A DNA stretch of 64,000 nt. It comes from a bacterium. Its GTDB lineage: Bacteria; Patescibacteriota; Gracilibacteria; Peribacterales; Peribacteraceae. The stretch covers positions 6,258 to 70,257 of the forward strand of contig JAQBVR010000002.1 in assembly GCA_027623015.1 (NCBI GenBank), in the 5' to 3' direction. Below, one piece after another: positions 28,508 through 37,687 of the stretch. The translations under genes were made by a program, and so were the position numbers. Within the stretch, counting starts at the first letter, position 1. Every line of letters starts with the position of its first letter. The notes below the pieces were generated by a model. The model saw nothing but the letters and a program-made list of their open reading frames with translations, was not told where the DNA came from and searched no databases.

Positions 28508-29449
28508 ATGACGAACGCAGCCTGCCCTATCCCCGAACGTATATCTCTTAACTACCATTTGCTACATAAGGCAAAAGTTGTAGACGACTTGCGCCATATT
28601 ATTGTAGATTTATCTCGTGCATGTAAGTACATCAGCTATGCCTTACAGACAACAGATGCAGGACTTAATGCCACAAGTAATTCTTTTGGGGAGGAACAAC
28701 TGAAGCTCGATGTGCTTGCGGATGATATACTTCGTCAGTATCTCTGTGAAAGTGGTCTGACATCTTGCTATATCTCAGAAGAACAACAGGATGTCGTTGA
28801 ACTTTCTTCAGATGCTCCTTATGCAGTCGTGTTTGACCCTCTTGATGGTAGTTCCCTTGTAGATGCAAACTTCTCTATTGGTACTATCATTGGTATATTT
28901 GGTAGTGCCCCTGTTGTAGGACAAACGCCACGAGATATGGTTGGCTCCCTTTATGCTCTTTATGGTCCTCGAACAATACTTGTTTATTCAACAGGTGATG
29001 GTGTCCATGAGTTTGTATTGAATGACGTTGGTGAGTTCGTTCTCTTGCGCGAATTTATAGGGATAGGAGATGATGCAAAAAACTATAGTCCAGGAAATCT
29101 TCGAGCTGTAACAGATAATGCTAAGTACCGAGAGGCTCTTAATCACTGGCTCGATAAAGAGATGACTCTTCGCTATTCCGGTTGTATGGTAGCTGACTTG
29201 CATCATATCCTCAGTAAAGGTCAGGGTATTTTTACCAATGTCGGTGGTAGTAAGTATCCAGAGGGCAAACTTCGACTTGTATTTGAATGTGGCCCATTTG
29301 CCTATCTTATAGATCAAGCAGGCGGCAAATCTTCCAATGGTATGCAATCTATACTAGACCTGAAGATTACAGATATCGATCAACGAACACCTCTCATCAT
29401 TGGGTCTTCAAACGAAGTTGACCGCACTGTGAATGCACTATCTTTATAG
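28508..29449 (+). CDS. fbp: Class 1 fructose-1,6-bisphosphatase, SBPase-like clade
   Basis: NSFGEEQLKLD, SEE, FDPLDGSS, SPGNLRA, LRYSGCMVAD, GKLRLVFE. Confidence 0.9.
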   Translation: MTNAACPIPERISLNYHLLHKAKVVDDLRHIIVDLSRACKYISYALQTTDAGLNATSNSFGEEQLKLDVLADDILRQYLCESGLTSCYISEEQQDVVELSSDAPYAVVFDPLDGSSLVDANFSIGTIIGIFGSAPVVGQTPRDMVGSLYALYGPRTILVYSTGDGVHEFVLNDVGEFVLLREFIGIGDDAKNYSPGNLRAVTDNAKYREALNHWLDKEMTLRYSGCMVADLHHILSKGQGIFTNVGGSKYPEGKLRLVFECGPFAYLIDQAGGKSSNGMQSILDLKITDIDQRTPLIIGSSNEVDRTVNALSL

Positions 29450-29452
29450 GGT

Positions 29453-29785
29453 CTACTCCCAGTACGGTTGTTCCATAGATAAATCTATTGCTTTATTCAG
29501 ATCGATATAGTTTTCTGTATCTCGTTCTTTTCCCTCTATTCTGTAGAGTTTTTTCATGGTTCTATACGTACCCCAAGGGTAGTAACGTGTTTTCTTTTTT
29601 CGAATATAACGACCTTTTGGCTTTTCTTCTTCATCATTTTCTTCGTGCTTTTCATCACGTTCATCGACCATCTCTAATGGCTCTACATTTCCATCTTTAG
29701 TCCAGTTTACAGCGGAAACTATTTGTTTCTTTTTTGGATTAACATATACAAGGTCTTCGTCGTTGTATGTAACAGTATCAGTCAT
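29453..29785 (-). CDS. Hypothetical protein
   Basis: 110-aa ORF coupled (TAATG) to the upstream membrane gene. Confidence 0.65.
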   Translation of the reverse strand: MTDTVTYNDEDLVYVNPKKKQIVSAVNWTKDGNVEPLEMVDERDEKHEENDEEEKPKGRYIRKKKTRYYPWGTYRTMKKLYRIEGKERDTENYIDLNKAIDLSMEQPYWE

Positions 29786-30339
29786 TATGAACGGTGAGGA
29801 CGATGTTGCTCGGCACTTGGAGGTGTCGGCGGTCTTGGTCTTTCAGTGTGTGCATCATTTTGGTGGAATAGATTCTGAACATCAATCTTTTTCTTATCTT
29901 GGTATTTTAGATATGCATACAGCGTAGCTACAAGACTACCGATTAGTGACACATACATTCCAAATCGTATTTCCATTCTTGTAAAGTCTAGTGTCGCATT
30001 TGCAATAACGGAGAGTGCAGCAAGGTTTAGTATAGTTGCTTGCAGTGTAGCGAAGTACCGTACACCATCTATAGATTTCTTTTGTATGAGGTTAGGTCCT
30101 CCTGTTAGGGGTAGAAAAGTACTCAGGAGAATAAATCCGTGCAGTAAAAAAATGGCTGCACCAAGGACTCCTGTATAGAAGCCAAATCCGTTGTACGCAA
30201 CAGTATCTCCTCCAAGCCACTCTCCTCCTGCCCATGGGAGGAATACTCCAATCACGGCTATAGCTGAACCAATATTAAGAATTTGCTCTTCTAGGTCCAT
30301 AGAGGAAACCATACGTGTAAGCTTTTTAGTCATATACAC
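29785..30339 (-). CDS. Four-TM membrane protein
   Basis: Hydrophobic segments with FLPW and FGMY motifs. Confidence 0.7.
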   Translation of the reverse strand: MYMTKKLTRMVSSMDLEEQILNIGSAIAVIGVFLPWAGGEWLGGDTVAYNGFGFYTGVLGAAIFLLHGFILLSTFLPLTGGPNLIQKKSIDGVRYFATLQATILNLAALSVIANATLDFTRMEIRFGMYVSLIGSLVATLYAYLKYQDKKKIDVQNLFHQNDAHTERPRPPTPPSAEQHRPHRS

Positions 30340-30422
30340 TAGATTACTCTAATTTGTACGAAAAACGTAACCTTCAATAGCTTTTTTTGTACTCACTACA
30401 AGGAGTTCTATATCCTCTTTGT

Positions 30423-31460
30423 ATGAAGATTGTTATAGATGTTCGTGAGGCATGTCGTGTACATCGAGCTGGAAAGGGTCAGTGGACCTACGGTTTTGTA
30501 TCTGAGCTACTTTCTAGGGGTCTAGACATTACTTTACTTTCAGACTCCCCTCTTCCTAAGGAGTGGAATTGTAATTTTCGTATATTGCGTTCTGGCTGGC
30601 GTTGGCATCTAGAAGCTCTTTCTTATATAAAAGAGCAATCCTTAGATCTTTATATAAGCCCAACTAGTTATATCTTACCTGCACTATTCCATTCAATTCC
30701 AACAGCCCTTGTTGTTCATGATATGATTGCATTTCGCCGTGAGCCACACGATAAGAAGGCTTCTATCATAGAACGTTTCACACTTAAACGTGCATTGCGT
30801 TTCTCCTCGCATGTTTGCACTGTTAGTAAATCTACAGCGTTAGACTTGCATGATAGATACCCCTATCTTCCACATGGTAATCCAAATGTTATCTATGCAG
30901 GTCCTATGCACACATCGCCATCTATGAATGTATCAGACAAGCGCACTATTGTTTGCATTGGTACGATCTGTCCTCGTAAGAATCAGCACAGACTTGTGCA
31001 GGCATATAATCTCTTGCCTACAGATATACGGTCACAGTACATCTTAAATATCGTTGGTAACGATGGATGGCATTCATCTGCTACTCTTAGACTTATTGAG
31101 GAGTCAGAAGGTGTGACATGGTCTGGATATGCGTCTCAAAAAGAGTACGGTGCCCTTCTTTCTTCTTGCAGTGTTTTAGCACTTCCTTCTTTATACGAAG
31201 GTTTTGGTATGCAGATCCTTGATGCACTTCAGCGAGGAGTACCTATTCTTACTTCGGATTGTGGAAGTCTAGCTGAAGTTGTCGGAGATTCTGCAGTCTT
31301 GGTAGAGCCAATGTCCGTTGAAAGTATTGCACTGGGGCTTGAGAAGATTATCACCGATGACCTTCTTAGAGCACGTTTACAGACGACTGGCCCAGTTCAG
31401 GCAGCAAGATTCTCTTGGAAAAGGACCGTAGATAGCTTTTTAGACTGTATTAAAAGCTGA
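30423..31460 (+). CDS. GT4 (GT-B) glycosyltransferase
   Basis: VHD, TVSKST, PRKN, PSLYEGFG, SLAEV, FSW. Confidence 0.92.
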   Translation: MKIVIDVREACRVHRAGKGQWTYGFVSELLSRGLDITLLSDSPLPKEWNCNFRILRSGWRWHLEALSYIKEQSLDLYISPTSYILPALFHSIPTALVVHDMIAFRREPHDKKASIIERFTLKRALRFSSHVCTVSKSTALDLHDRYPYLPHGNPNVIYAGPMHTSPSMNVSDKRTIVCIGTICPRKNQHRLVQAYNLLPTDIRSQYILNIVGNDGWHSSATLRLIEESEGVTWSGYASQKEYGALLSSCSVLALPSLYEGFGMQILDALQRGVPILTSDCGSLAEVVGDSAVLVEPMSVESIALGLEKIITDDLLRARLQTTGPVQAARFSWKRTVDSFLDCIKS

Positions 31461-31472
31461 TATACTTCACTC

Positions 31473-32354
31473 ATGCTCATGTATAAACGTGTCGGGATAA
31501 CAGTGAAGTCTGGCTTGGACTATAAGAATGAAGCTGTCACGAAGGTGATAGAAATTCTAAAATCTTTGGGTACAGAGATTCTTGTTGATGCGAGTCGTGT
31601 CGATGAATCGGGAACAGAATACCCATCATATCTTTCTGAAGATGATATAGACCTTTTAGTAGTCATTGGAGGAGATGGCACAATTCTAAGAGCTATCCGT
31701 GACCTAAAGACTTTTACGACTCCTATACTCAGTGTTAATCGAGGAACTGTAGGATTTCTTGCAGAAACAGAACTAGATGAGGCAAAGGAAATTCTTCCAA
31801 TTCTCCTTTCTGAGGAGGGTGTTCTCGAGACACGTAGCATTCTCGATGTAAAAGCAATGAGGGGAACAGAAGTGATCTACTCTGGTTATGCATTGAATGA
31901 GGCCGTTGTAGCTCAGGGTACTATTGCAAGACTTGTAGACCTAAAGACTGAGGTAAACGGAGAAGATCTTACTACTTTTCATGCAGATGGTTTGATCATC
32001 GCGACACCTACAGGTTCTACTGCGTATTCTCTCGCTGCGGGTGGGCCCATCGTTCATCCAGCTCAGCTAGCGACTATTCTTACGCCTATAAACCCTCATA
32101 GTTTTAGCCAAAAACCAATAGTCTTACCATCTAGTGATGAGATTAAGGTTACTGTTCTCACAAAAGAGAATAAGTTTAAAGATGCAGAGGTTATCCTCAC
32201 GCTCGATGGCCAAGTGTATGTTCCCCTAAAAAATGGTGATGTAATTCATGCGTCTGGATGCAAGACAACTGTACAGTTCCTTCGACGAAAGCAAGATACA
32301 TTTTTTGGAACGTTGAGGACTAAGCTTAAATGGGGTGAGAGGCTGGAGAATTAA
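31473..32354 (+). CDS. nadK: NAD+ kinase
   Basis: GGDGT, GTVGFL, LNE, DGLIIATPTGSTAYSLAAGGP. Confidence 0.96.
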   Translation: MLMYKRVGITVKSGLDYKNEAVTKVIEILKSLGTEILVDASRVDESGTEYPSYLSEDDIDLLVVIGGDGTILRAIRDLKTFTTPILSVNRGTVGFLAETELDEAKEILPILLSEEGVLETRSILDVKAMRGTEVIYSGYALNEAVVAQGTIARLVDLKTEVNGEDLTTFHADGLIIATPTGSTAYSLAAGGPIVHPAQLATILTPINPHSFSQKPIVLPSSDEIKVTVLTKENKFKDAEVILTLDGQVYVPLKNGDVIHASGCKTTVQFLRRKQDTFFGTLRTKLKWGERLEN

Positions 32355-32954
32355 TTATGCCGATTCAACAACGCTATGCAGTCTACTTAGTGAATTGTCA
32401 TGCTGCATGGACTTAATATCGTAGTACGAAATAAACCCAGAAACTTCAGCATCAAGTGTAGTCATTACTTCACTATTAGTTCGTGCTGTTAAGACATTGC
32501 TGTTTTGATCTTGATCCTCATGCAATAAGCGAAGGGGTGCAATCCTGTTTAGACCTTTTCGAATACCTAATGCATATTCAGTATCACATTTATGAGTTGA
32601 AACAATCATGCAGTGTCTAAGCTTCCTAGCAGCAAATAAAATTAATGATCCAACCTCTGGTCCTACATGAGCAAGTCCATCGACAAATACAATGCTGTAT
32701 TCAGCATCTCCATATGGTGATTCCTGTAAATAATTAAATCCTCCTCCTCTTCCTCCTTCATCTTCTGCTTTTGGCCATTTATGACCGTTAAATTTTGCAG
32801 TCAAGTGATGTTGTTTCAAAACTCTTTGAACTAAATTCACAAATCTCCTTCTATCTGGATCCATCTCTCCTATATCTCTCGGGCCTTTTCCATGTCTATC
32901 TGGATGAAAGTCAGTTCTTTCAAATACATTGAGAGTTACTGGGATATCTTTCAT
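32355..32954 (-). CDS. Hypothetical protein
   Basis: 199-aa ORF with no recognisable motif. Confidence 0.6.
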   Translation of the reverse strand: MKDIPVTLNVFERTDFHPDRHGKGPRDIGEMDPDRRRFVNLVQRVLKQHHLTAKFNGHKWPKAEDEGGRGGGFNYLQESPYGDAEYSIVFVDGLAHVGPEVGSLILFAARKLRHCMIVSTHKCDTEYALGIRKGLNRIAPLRLLHEDQDQNSNVLTARTNSEVMTTLDAEVSGFISYYDIKSMQHDNSLSRLHSVVESA

Positions 32955-32985
32955 GTTTAATTATTACGCCACACACAGCCATTTG

Positions 32986-34209
32986 TCAATGCTTAACGAT
33001 CATCTCTTCACGACCTTGCCCTGTTCCTATGAGTCCTACGGGTACTTTTGTTTGCTCTTCGATAAACTGGATGTACCCTTTTGCATTCTCTGGAAGGTCA
33101 CTGTAGTTCGTCATACCAACTGTTGAAGACTGCCACCCTGGGAGTGTCTTTACTTTTCCGTCACCGATACCAACAGGAATCTCATGCAGGTCGTCTAAGA
33201 CATCGAGCTTCGTAATGTTCCAGTGCGTGAAGCCATTAATTTGTGCTGAACGAATAAGGTCTGGGATATTCAGCCAGCCACAACGTCTTGGTCGACCTGT
33301 TGTAGCTCCGTATTCACCTCCTTTTTCGCGTAGTGCATTTCCGATTTCTCCTTCGAGTTCAGTTTCGAATGGACCGTCACCAACACGTGTGCAATATGCT
33401 TTTGCAACACCGATGCAACTTTTAAGAGCTGATGGAGGAAGGCCTAGTCCTTGCAGTGCCCCAGTAGCAGTTGTCGAACTACTTGTGACAAATGGATAGG
33501 TCCCATGGTCGATGTCTAGCATGCTTGCTTGTGCCCCTTCGACGATGATCGTTTTCCCACTACTGTGAAGTTCATGAATCAATGTAACTGTGTCTTTCAC
33601 ACAGCAGCCAATTGCATGATTTGCTGTCTCTAGATTTTCTATTTCCAGTGCAACATCTGTATGGATGCCAAAAACGCGGTCGTTACATTTCGCTTTCTTT
33701 TCAAGGATAGCGGTCATGTTTGTTCCTAGGCTTTCCATACGAACTCCACTGCGTACAGCTTTGTCTGTATATGCAGGACCGATTCCCCTCTTCGTTGTCC
33801 CAATTCCCTCACCTTCTTTTTTACGATCTTCTTCCATCGCAGCGTCTATATCTTTGTGAAAGTCGAACACAATATGTGCAGCATGTGAGATGTGCAGTCT
33901 TGGGATGATGTCTATGCCTGCAGTCTTAAGAGTTTCAATCTCTTCGAGGAGTGTTGGCAGATGTATGACCATTCCAGATCCAAGGATTACTGGTTTGTTT
34001 TCATGAAGACAACCAGACGGTAGTAAATGGAATACATGTTTCTGACCATTTACAACTATAGTATGTCCTGCATTTGCACCACCACATGCTCGTGCGATAA
34101 CGTCAAAATGCTCTGTGAGGATATCTGTAACCTTCCCCTTCCCCTCATCTCCCCACTGCGCGCCAATGACCGCAATTACTTGACCGAGAGATTTGCTGAA
34201 CGCTTTCAC
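32986..34209 (-). CDS. purA: Adenylosuccinate synthetase
   Basis: GAQWGDEGKGK, GGANAGHT, GTTKRGIGPAY, TTGRPRRCGW, TKLDVL. Confidence 0.98.
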   Translation of the reverse strand: MKAFSKSLGQVIAVIGAQWGDEGKGKVTDILTEHFDVIARACGGANAGHTIVVNGQKHVFHLLPSGCLHENKPVILGSGMVIHLPTLLEEIETLKTAGIDIIPRLHISHAAHIVFDFHKDIDAAMEEDRKKEGEGIGTTKRGIGPAYTDKAVRSGVRMESLGTNMTAILEKKAKCNDRVFGIHTDVALEIENLETANHAIGCCVKDTVTLIHELHSSGKTIIVEGAQASMLDIDHGTYPFVTSSSTTATGALQGLGLPPSALKSCIGVAKAYCTRVGDGPFETELEGEIGNALREKGGEYGATTGRPRRCGWLNIPDLIRSAQINGFTHWNITKLDVLDDLHEIPVGIGDGKVKTLPGWQSSTVGMTNYSDLPENAKGYIQFIEEQTKVPVGLIGTGQGREEMIVKH

Positions 34210-34230
34210 GTTTAGATTCTACCACCCGTT

Positions 34231-35028
34231 TTACTCCTTCGCGAGTAGTTTTTTAGCTTGTTCTGTACGACACTCTAGTATGATCCCCTGACAGTAGGGG
34301 TTCTCTTTCGCACTGCTACATATCTCTGATAGAAGATCTGCTCCATCTTCCCCGCTGAAAAGCGCAATATGCGGCTCATAGTTAAAGACGTCATCCATAG
34401 GCCTTTCTCCCGATGGTACATAGGGAGGATTTGTGATAATGAGAAAGGGTGAACATAGATCTAAAATCGGCTCTAATCTATCCCCTTCTTTAAATGTTAT
34501 TCGGTCTGATACGTTATAGCTATGTGCATTCTTTTTTGCTATTTCTAATGCTTGAGGACTTATGTCTGTTGCGATGATGTGCATATCAGGAATTTCTAAT
34601 GCTAGCGTAACCGCTATACATCCACTCCCTGTACATACATCAACTATCGTTTCGATTTTTTTCTCTCTCCACGCAATAGATTGTGATACGACTGCTGTGT
34701 CTACTTCTGTAGTTATAGTTGTTCTTTTTTGTAAAAATGTCTTTGTTGCCTCTATCAATCCCTCTGTTGAGGATCGTGGAATCAGTACATCGCTTGATAC
34801 AGTAAATGATCTCCCAAAGAATTCTTGGCATCCAAGAATGTATGCAACAGGCTCACTATGCATTCTTCTTCGTATATACGATTCGAAAAGTGAAATTTGC
34901 TTTCCAGAGAGTTGGTACTCTTTGTGTGCACATACCCATGTTCTGTTTTTGCCAATAGATGCAGAAAGAAGTAGCTCTGTGTCTAATGCAGATAATGGTG
35001 AACTCTTCAGTGCCTTTATAATCTCCAT
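34231..35028 (-). CDS. prmC: Release factor glutamine methyltransferase (HemK)
   Basis: EPVAYILG, VLIPR..TE, DVCTGSGCIA, NPPY, EP..ALF.G.DG. Confidence 0.93.
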   Translation of the reverse strand: MEIIKALKSSPLSALDTELLLSASIGKNRTWVCAHKEYQLSGKQISLFESYIRRRMHSEPVAYILGCQEFFGRSFTVSSDVLIPRSSTEGLIEATKTFLQKRTTITTEVDTAVVSQSIAWREKKIETIVDVCTGSGCIAVTLALEIPDMHIIATDISPQALEIAKKNAHSYNVSDRITFKEGDRLEPILDLCSPFLIITNPPYVPSGERPMDDVFNYEPHIALFSGEDGADLLSEICSSAKENPYCQGIILECRTEQAKKLLAKE

Positions 35029-35048
35029 GTATGTATTATGCACTATGT

Positions 35049-36077
35049 ATGACTCATATTGGTATTGATTGTCGCTTTTCTGGCACACACTCTGGGCTTG
35101 GTCGTTACTCGCGAGAATTAGTAACACATCTTGTATCTATTTCTTCAGATACGTCTTATACACTTTTTGTGCGTAGTATCTCTGAGCCATGGCTTATTTT
35201 ACTACCGGATTCAGTAAAGCTCGTTGAGGTTGATATACCCCATTACTCTCTGGCTGAGCAATTTTTACTATCTCGTTTCTATAAGAAAGCAGATATAGAT
35301 ATCTTGCTTTCTCCGCACTTCAACACTCCTTTTTTCTACCATGGTCCATTTGTCATTGTGATACATGATCTTATACTGCATAGGTATCCGAACAATGCCT
35401 CTTTTATAAAAAGATGTGCCTATAAAGTTCTTTTATATCGTGCTCTTCGTAGAGCTAAGAAAGTCATTGCTGTTAGTACATTCACTGCTACGGAGATCTC
35501 TCGTATGTATGGAAAACGCATAGCAAAAAAAGTTCAGGTAGTAGGAGAGGGGGTATCTGATGCTTTTGCTCCTGCTAGTAAGGAGCGTATATCTGAGACA
35601 CTTTTACGACACAATCTTTCTTGCCCTTTCTTCCTCTATGTAGGGAATGCAAAGGAGCACAAAAACGTACAAAAGCTTATAGATGCCCATAAGAAATCTG
35701 GTACAAGTATTTCACTAGTTCTTGTTTCAAATCCTGCAAACCTTACCCTTCACGATAGTGTTACTGTTCTTTCAAATATTCATGATGATGATCTTCCTTC
35801 TCTCTATTCGGCTGCTACAGCATTTGTTTCCGCATCTGCTTATGAGGGATATGGACTTCCGTTTATCGAAGCTCGTGCTTGTGGATGTCCAGTAATCGGA
35901 ATAACTGGCTCAAGTGTCGATGAGGTTGTCTCTGAGGGTGGCTTACTTTTAGAAAATTCAGATGATGCTCTAATACTTGCATTACAAAATCCACCTACAG
36001 TAGTATCAACTTCAGTTCCTCAGTGGTCCAAAGCTGCTTCTCTTGTTCATAAACTACTGCAAGAATTGACTGCTTAA
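35049..36077 (+). CDS. GT4 glycosyltransferase
   Basis: GLGRY, IHDL, AVS.FT, HKN, EGYGLP..EA.ACG.PV. Confidence 0.92.
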   Translation: MTHIGIDCRFSGTHSGLGRYSRELVTHLVSISSDTSYTLFVRSISEPWLILLPDSVKLVEVDIPHYSLAEQFLLSRFYKKADIDILLSPHFNTPFFYHGPFVIVIHDLILHRYPNNASFIKRCAYKVLLYRALRRAKKVIAVSTFTATEISRMYGKRIAKKVQVVGEGVSDAFAPASKERISETLLRHNLSCPFFLYVGNAKEHKNVQKLIDAHKKSGTSISLVLVSNPANLTLHDSVTVLSNIHDDDLPSLYSAATAFVSASAYEGYGLPFIEARACGCPVIGITGSSVDEVVSEGGLLLENSDDALILALQNPPTVVSTSVPQWSKAASLVHKLLQELTA

Positions 36078-36091
36078 GCTATAGTTTCCTT

Positions 36092-36385
36092 ATGGATAGA
36101 ATAGGTCACATATTACCGAGAGTGTTAAAGAGGCGTGGATTGCTTCACCACGCAGTTGCCTCTTCTGCAGTAGAATTTACTCAGATTTGGATAACAGAAC
36201 ACCTGCCTGCTGTATCTGGCGATCTTCGTGCGCAGTTTCTGAAAGAGACAGTTGTCATAATTTACTCAGACTCCTCTATAGCAGCACAGGAGTGCCATCT
36301 AGTTATGGAGGATCTCACTGCCTCTCTAAGAAAAGAATACGGTAATTCTGCTATTTCTGGCTGTCGGATAGTCAGATCTGACTAA
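36092..36385 (+). CDS. DciA/DUF721-like protein
   Basis: MDRIGHILPRVLKRRGL...SS.AAQE; size and pattern fit CPR DUF721. Confidence 0.6.
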   Translation: MDRIGHILPRVLKRRGLLHHAVASSAVEFTQIWITEHLPAVSGDLRAQFLKETVVIIYSDSSIAAQECHLVMEDLTASLRKEYGNSAISGCRIVRSD

Positions 36386-36461
36386 GACTCTCTTGCAAAT
36401 ACCGTAATTTTACTTGCCTAGAAGCGTATTGTTGGTAGACTCTCGTGGCTATTTAGCTTAT

Positions 36462-37004
36462 ATGCTCGTAATTCGTTTACAACGCACAGGCCGCAGAAAC
36501 GCTCCAGCATACCGAATTGTTGCTGCAGAGAAGACATCGCCTGTAAAAGGTAAGTTTGTCGAAATGCTAGGTCATTACGTTCCTAAGCATAATCCTATTG
36601 AGATCAAATTTAACGAAGAACGTATTCGTACTCTTATCTCCAATGGAGCTGTTCCTAGTAATACTGTTGCTAGATTACTCTCAAAACAGGGTATGAAGGG
36701 CCTTGATAAGTTTGTAGCTCGTTACAGTAAGCAGAAGAAGCGTAATCCATCTGCAGAAGAGGCAGCGCCACCTCCAGCTCCTGAGGCACCTAAAGAAGAG
36801 AGGGCTGAAGCACCAAAAGAAGAGCCTACAAAGGACGCAGCTCCACTAGAAGAGACTCCAAAAGAAGAAACACCACCTGAGACTGAGGAAGGTCCCTCCG
36901 ACGCTCCCCTCTCCAATCCCTCCGTGGCCGACAAAATGGCTACATCCGATGACAATCCTGAGGGAGCTATGGACGATAGGGGTGACAAGCCTGAAAAAGA
37001 GTAA
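36462..37004 (+). CDS. rpsP: 30S ribosomal protein S16 with an acidic/Pro-rich C-terminal extension
   Basis: MLVIRLQRTGRRNAPAYRIV...GAVPSNTV. Confidence 0.95.
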   Translation: MLVIRLQRTGRRNAPAYRIVAAEKTSPVKGKFVEMLGHYVPKHNPIEIKFNEERIRTLISNGAVPSNTVARLLSKQGMKGLDKFVARYSKQKKRNPSAEEAAPPPAPEAPKEERAEAPKEEPTKDAAPLEETPKEETPPETEEGPSDAPLSNPSVADKMATSDDNPEGAMDDRGDKPEKE

Positions 37005-37018
37005 TACACTACACCTAC

Positions 37019-37300
37019 ATGATTGATTCGACACACTCTGACCTTCCGGGCATCTCATTTATACGCTATGTACTAGAAGCACTCGTCCTTGAAAAGGATA
37101 AGCTTGTTATTGAAGCAAAAGAAGATGACATGGGTATTTTGCTTACTATTCAAGTAAGTGATAGTGATATGGGTAAGCTTATCGGAAAGAGTGGTCAGAC
37201 TATTAAGGCACTACGAACTCTCGTACGTACAATTGGGAGCAACTCAGCTAAGCGTATAAATCTTAAGGTTCTGGAGCCAGAAAACGCTCAGCCTGCGTAA
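37019..37300 (+). CDS. khpA: KH-domain RNA-binding protein
   Basis: DMGKLIGKSGQTIKALRTL; follows rpsP. Confidence 0.9.
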   Translation: MIDSTHSDLPGISFIRYVLEALVLEKDKLVIEAKEDDMGILLTIQVSDSDMGKLIGKSGQTIKALRTLVRTIGSNSAKRINLKVLEPENAQPA

Positions 37301-37327
37301 CCTTTACTACTTCGTCCCCCACTCCTC

Positions 37328-37645
37328 ATGCTTAGAGACCTCCTAGAAAATGCCAGTGTTATTGAAATCATTGCAACTTTTGTAGCGTTTGGACTAATCG
37401 TCGCAACAATTCTTTGCTTAGTATATACCATATTTGGAGGTATATCTTTTATTCTCTCTGCAGGAAACGAGGAAAAGATCAAAAAGGCAGTACACACTAT
37501 TCGTTTTGCAGTTGTAGGATTATTCGTCTCGTTCTTCGCATATTTCCTTGTTCGTTTTATCGCAAATCTTCTTGATATTCCTTTTGAGCTTAACTTCTCA
37601 GATATTGTAGATCTCATGCAAGAGCTATTTAATTCTTTTCAGTAA
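37328..37645 (+). CDS. CPR pilin (TrbC/VirB2-like)
   Basis: GG..FILSAGNEEKIKKA..TI.FAVVGL. Confidence 0.8.
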   Translation: MLRDLLENASVIEIIATFVAFGLIVATILCLVYTIFGGISFILSAGNEEKIKKAVHTIRFAVVGLFVSFFAYFLVRFIANLLDIPFELNFSDIVDLMQELFNSFQ

Positions 37646-37671
37646 AACAGCCAGCGCTTCGCTGACTGTTT
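37645..37671. terminator. Bidirectional intrinsic terminator
   Basis: AAACAGCCAGC-GCTTC-GCTGACTGTTT between convergent genes. Confidence 0.55.
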
Positions 37672-37687
37672 CTACTTTTATAGCTAT

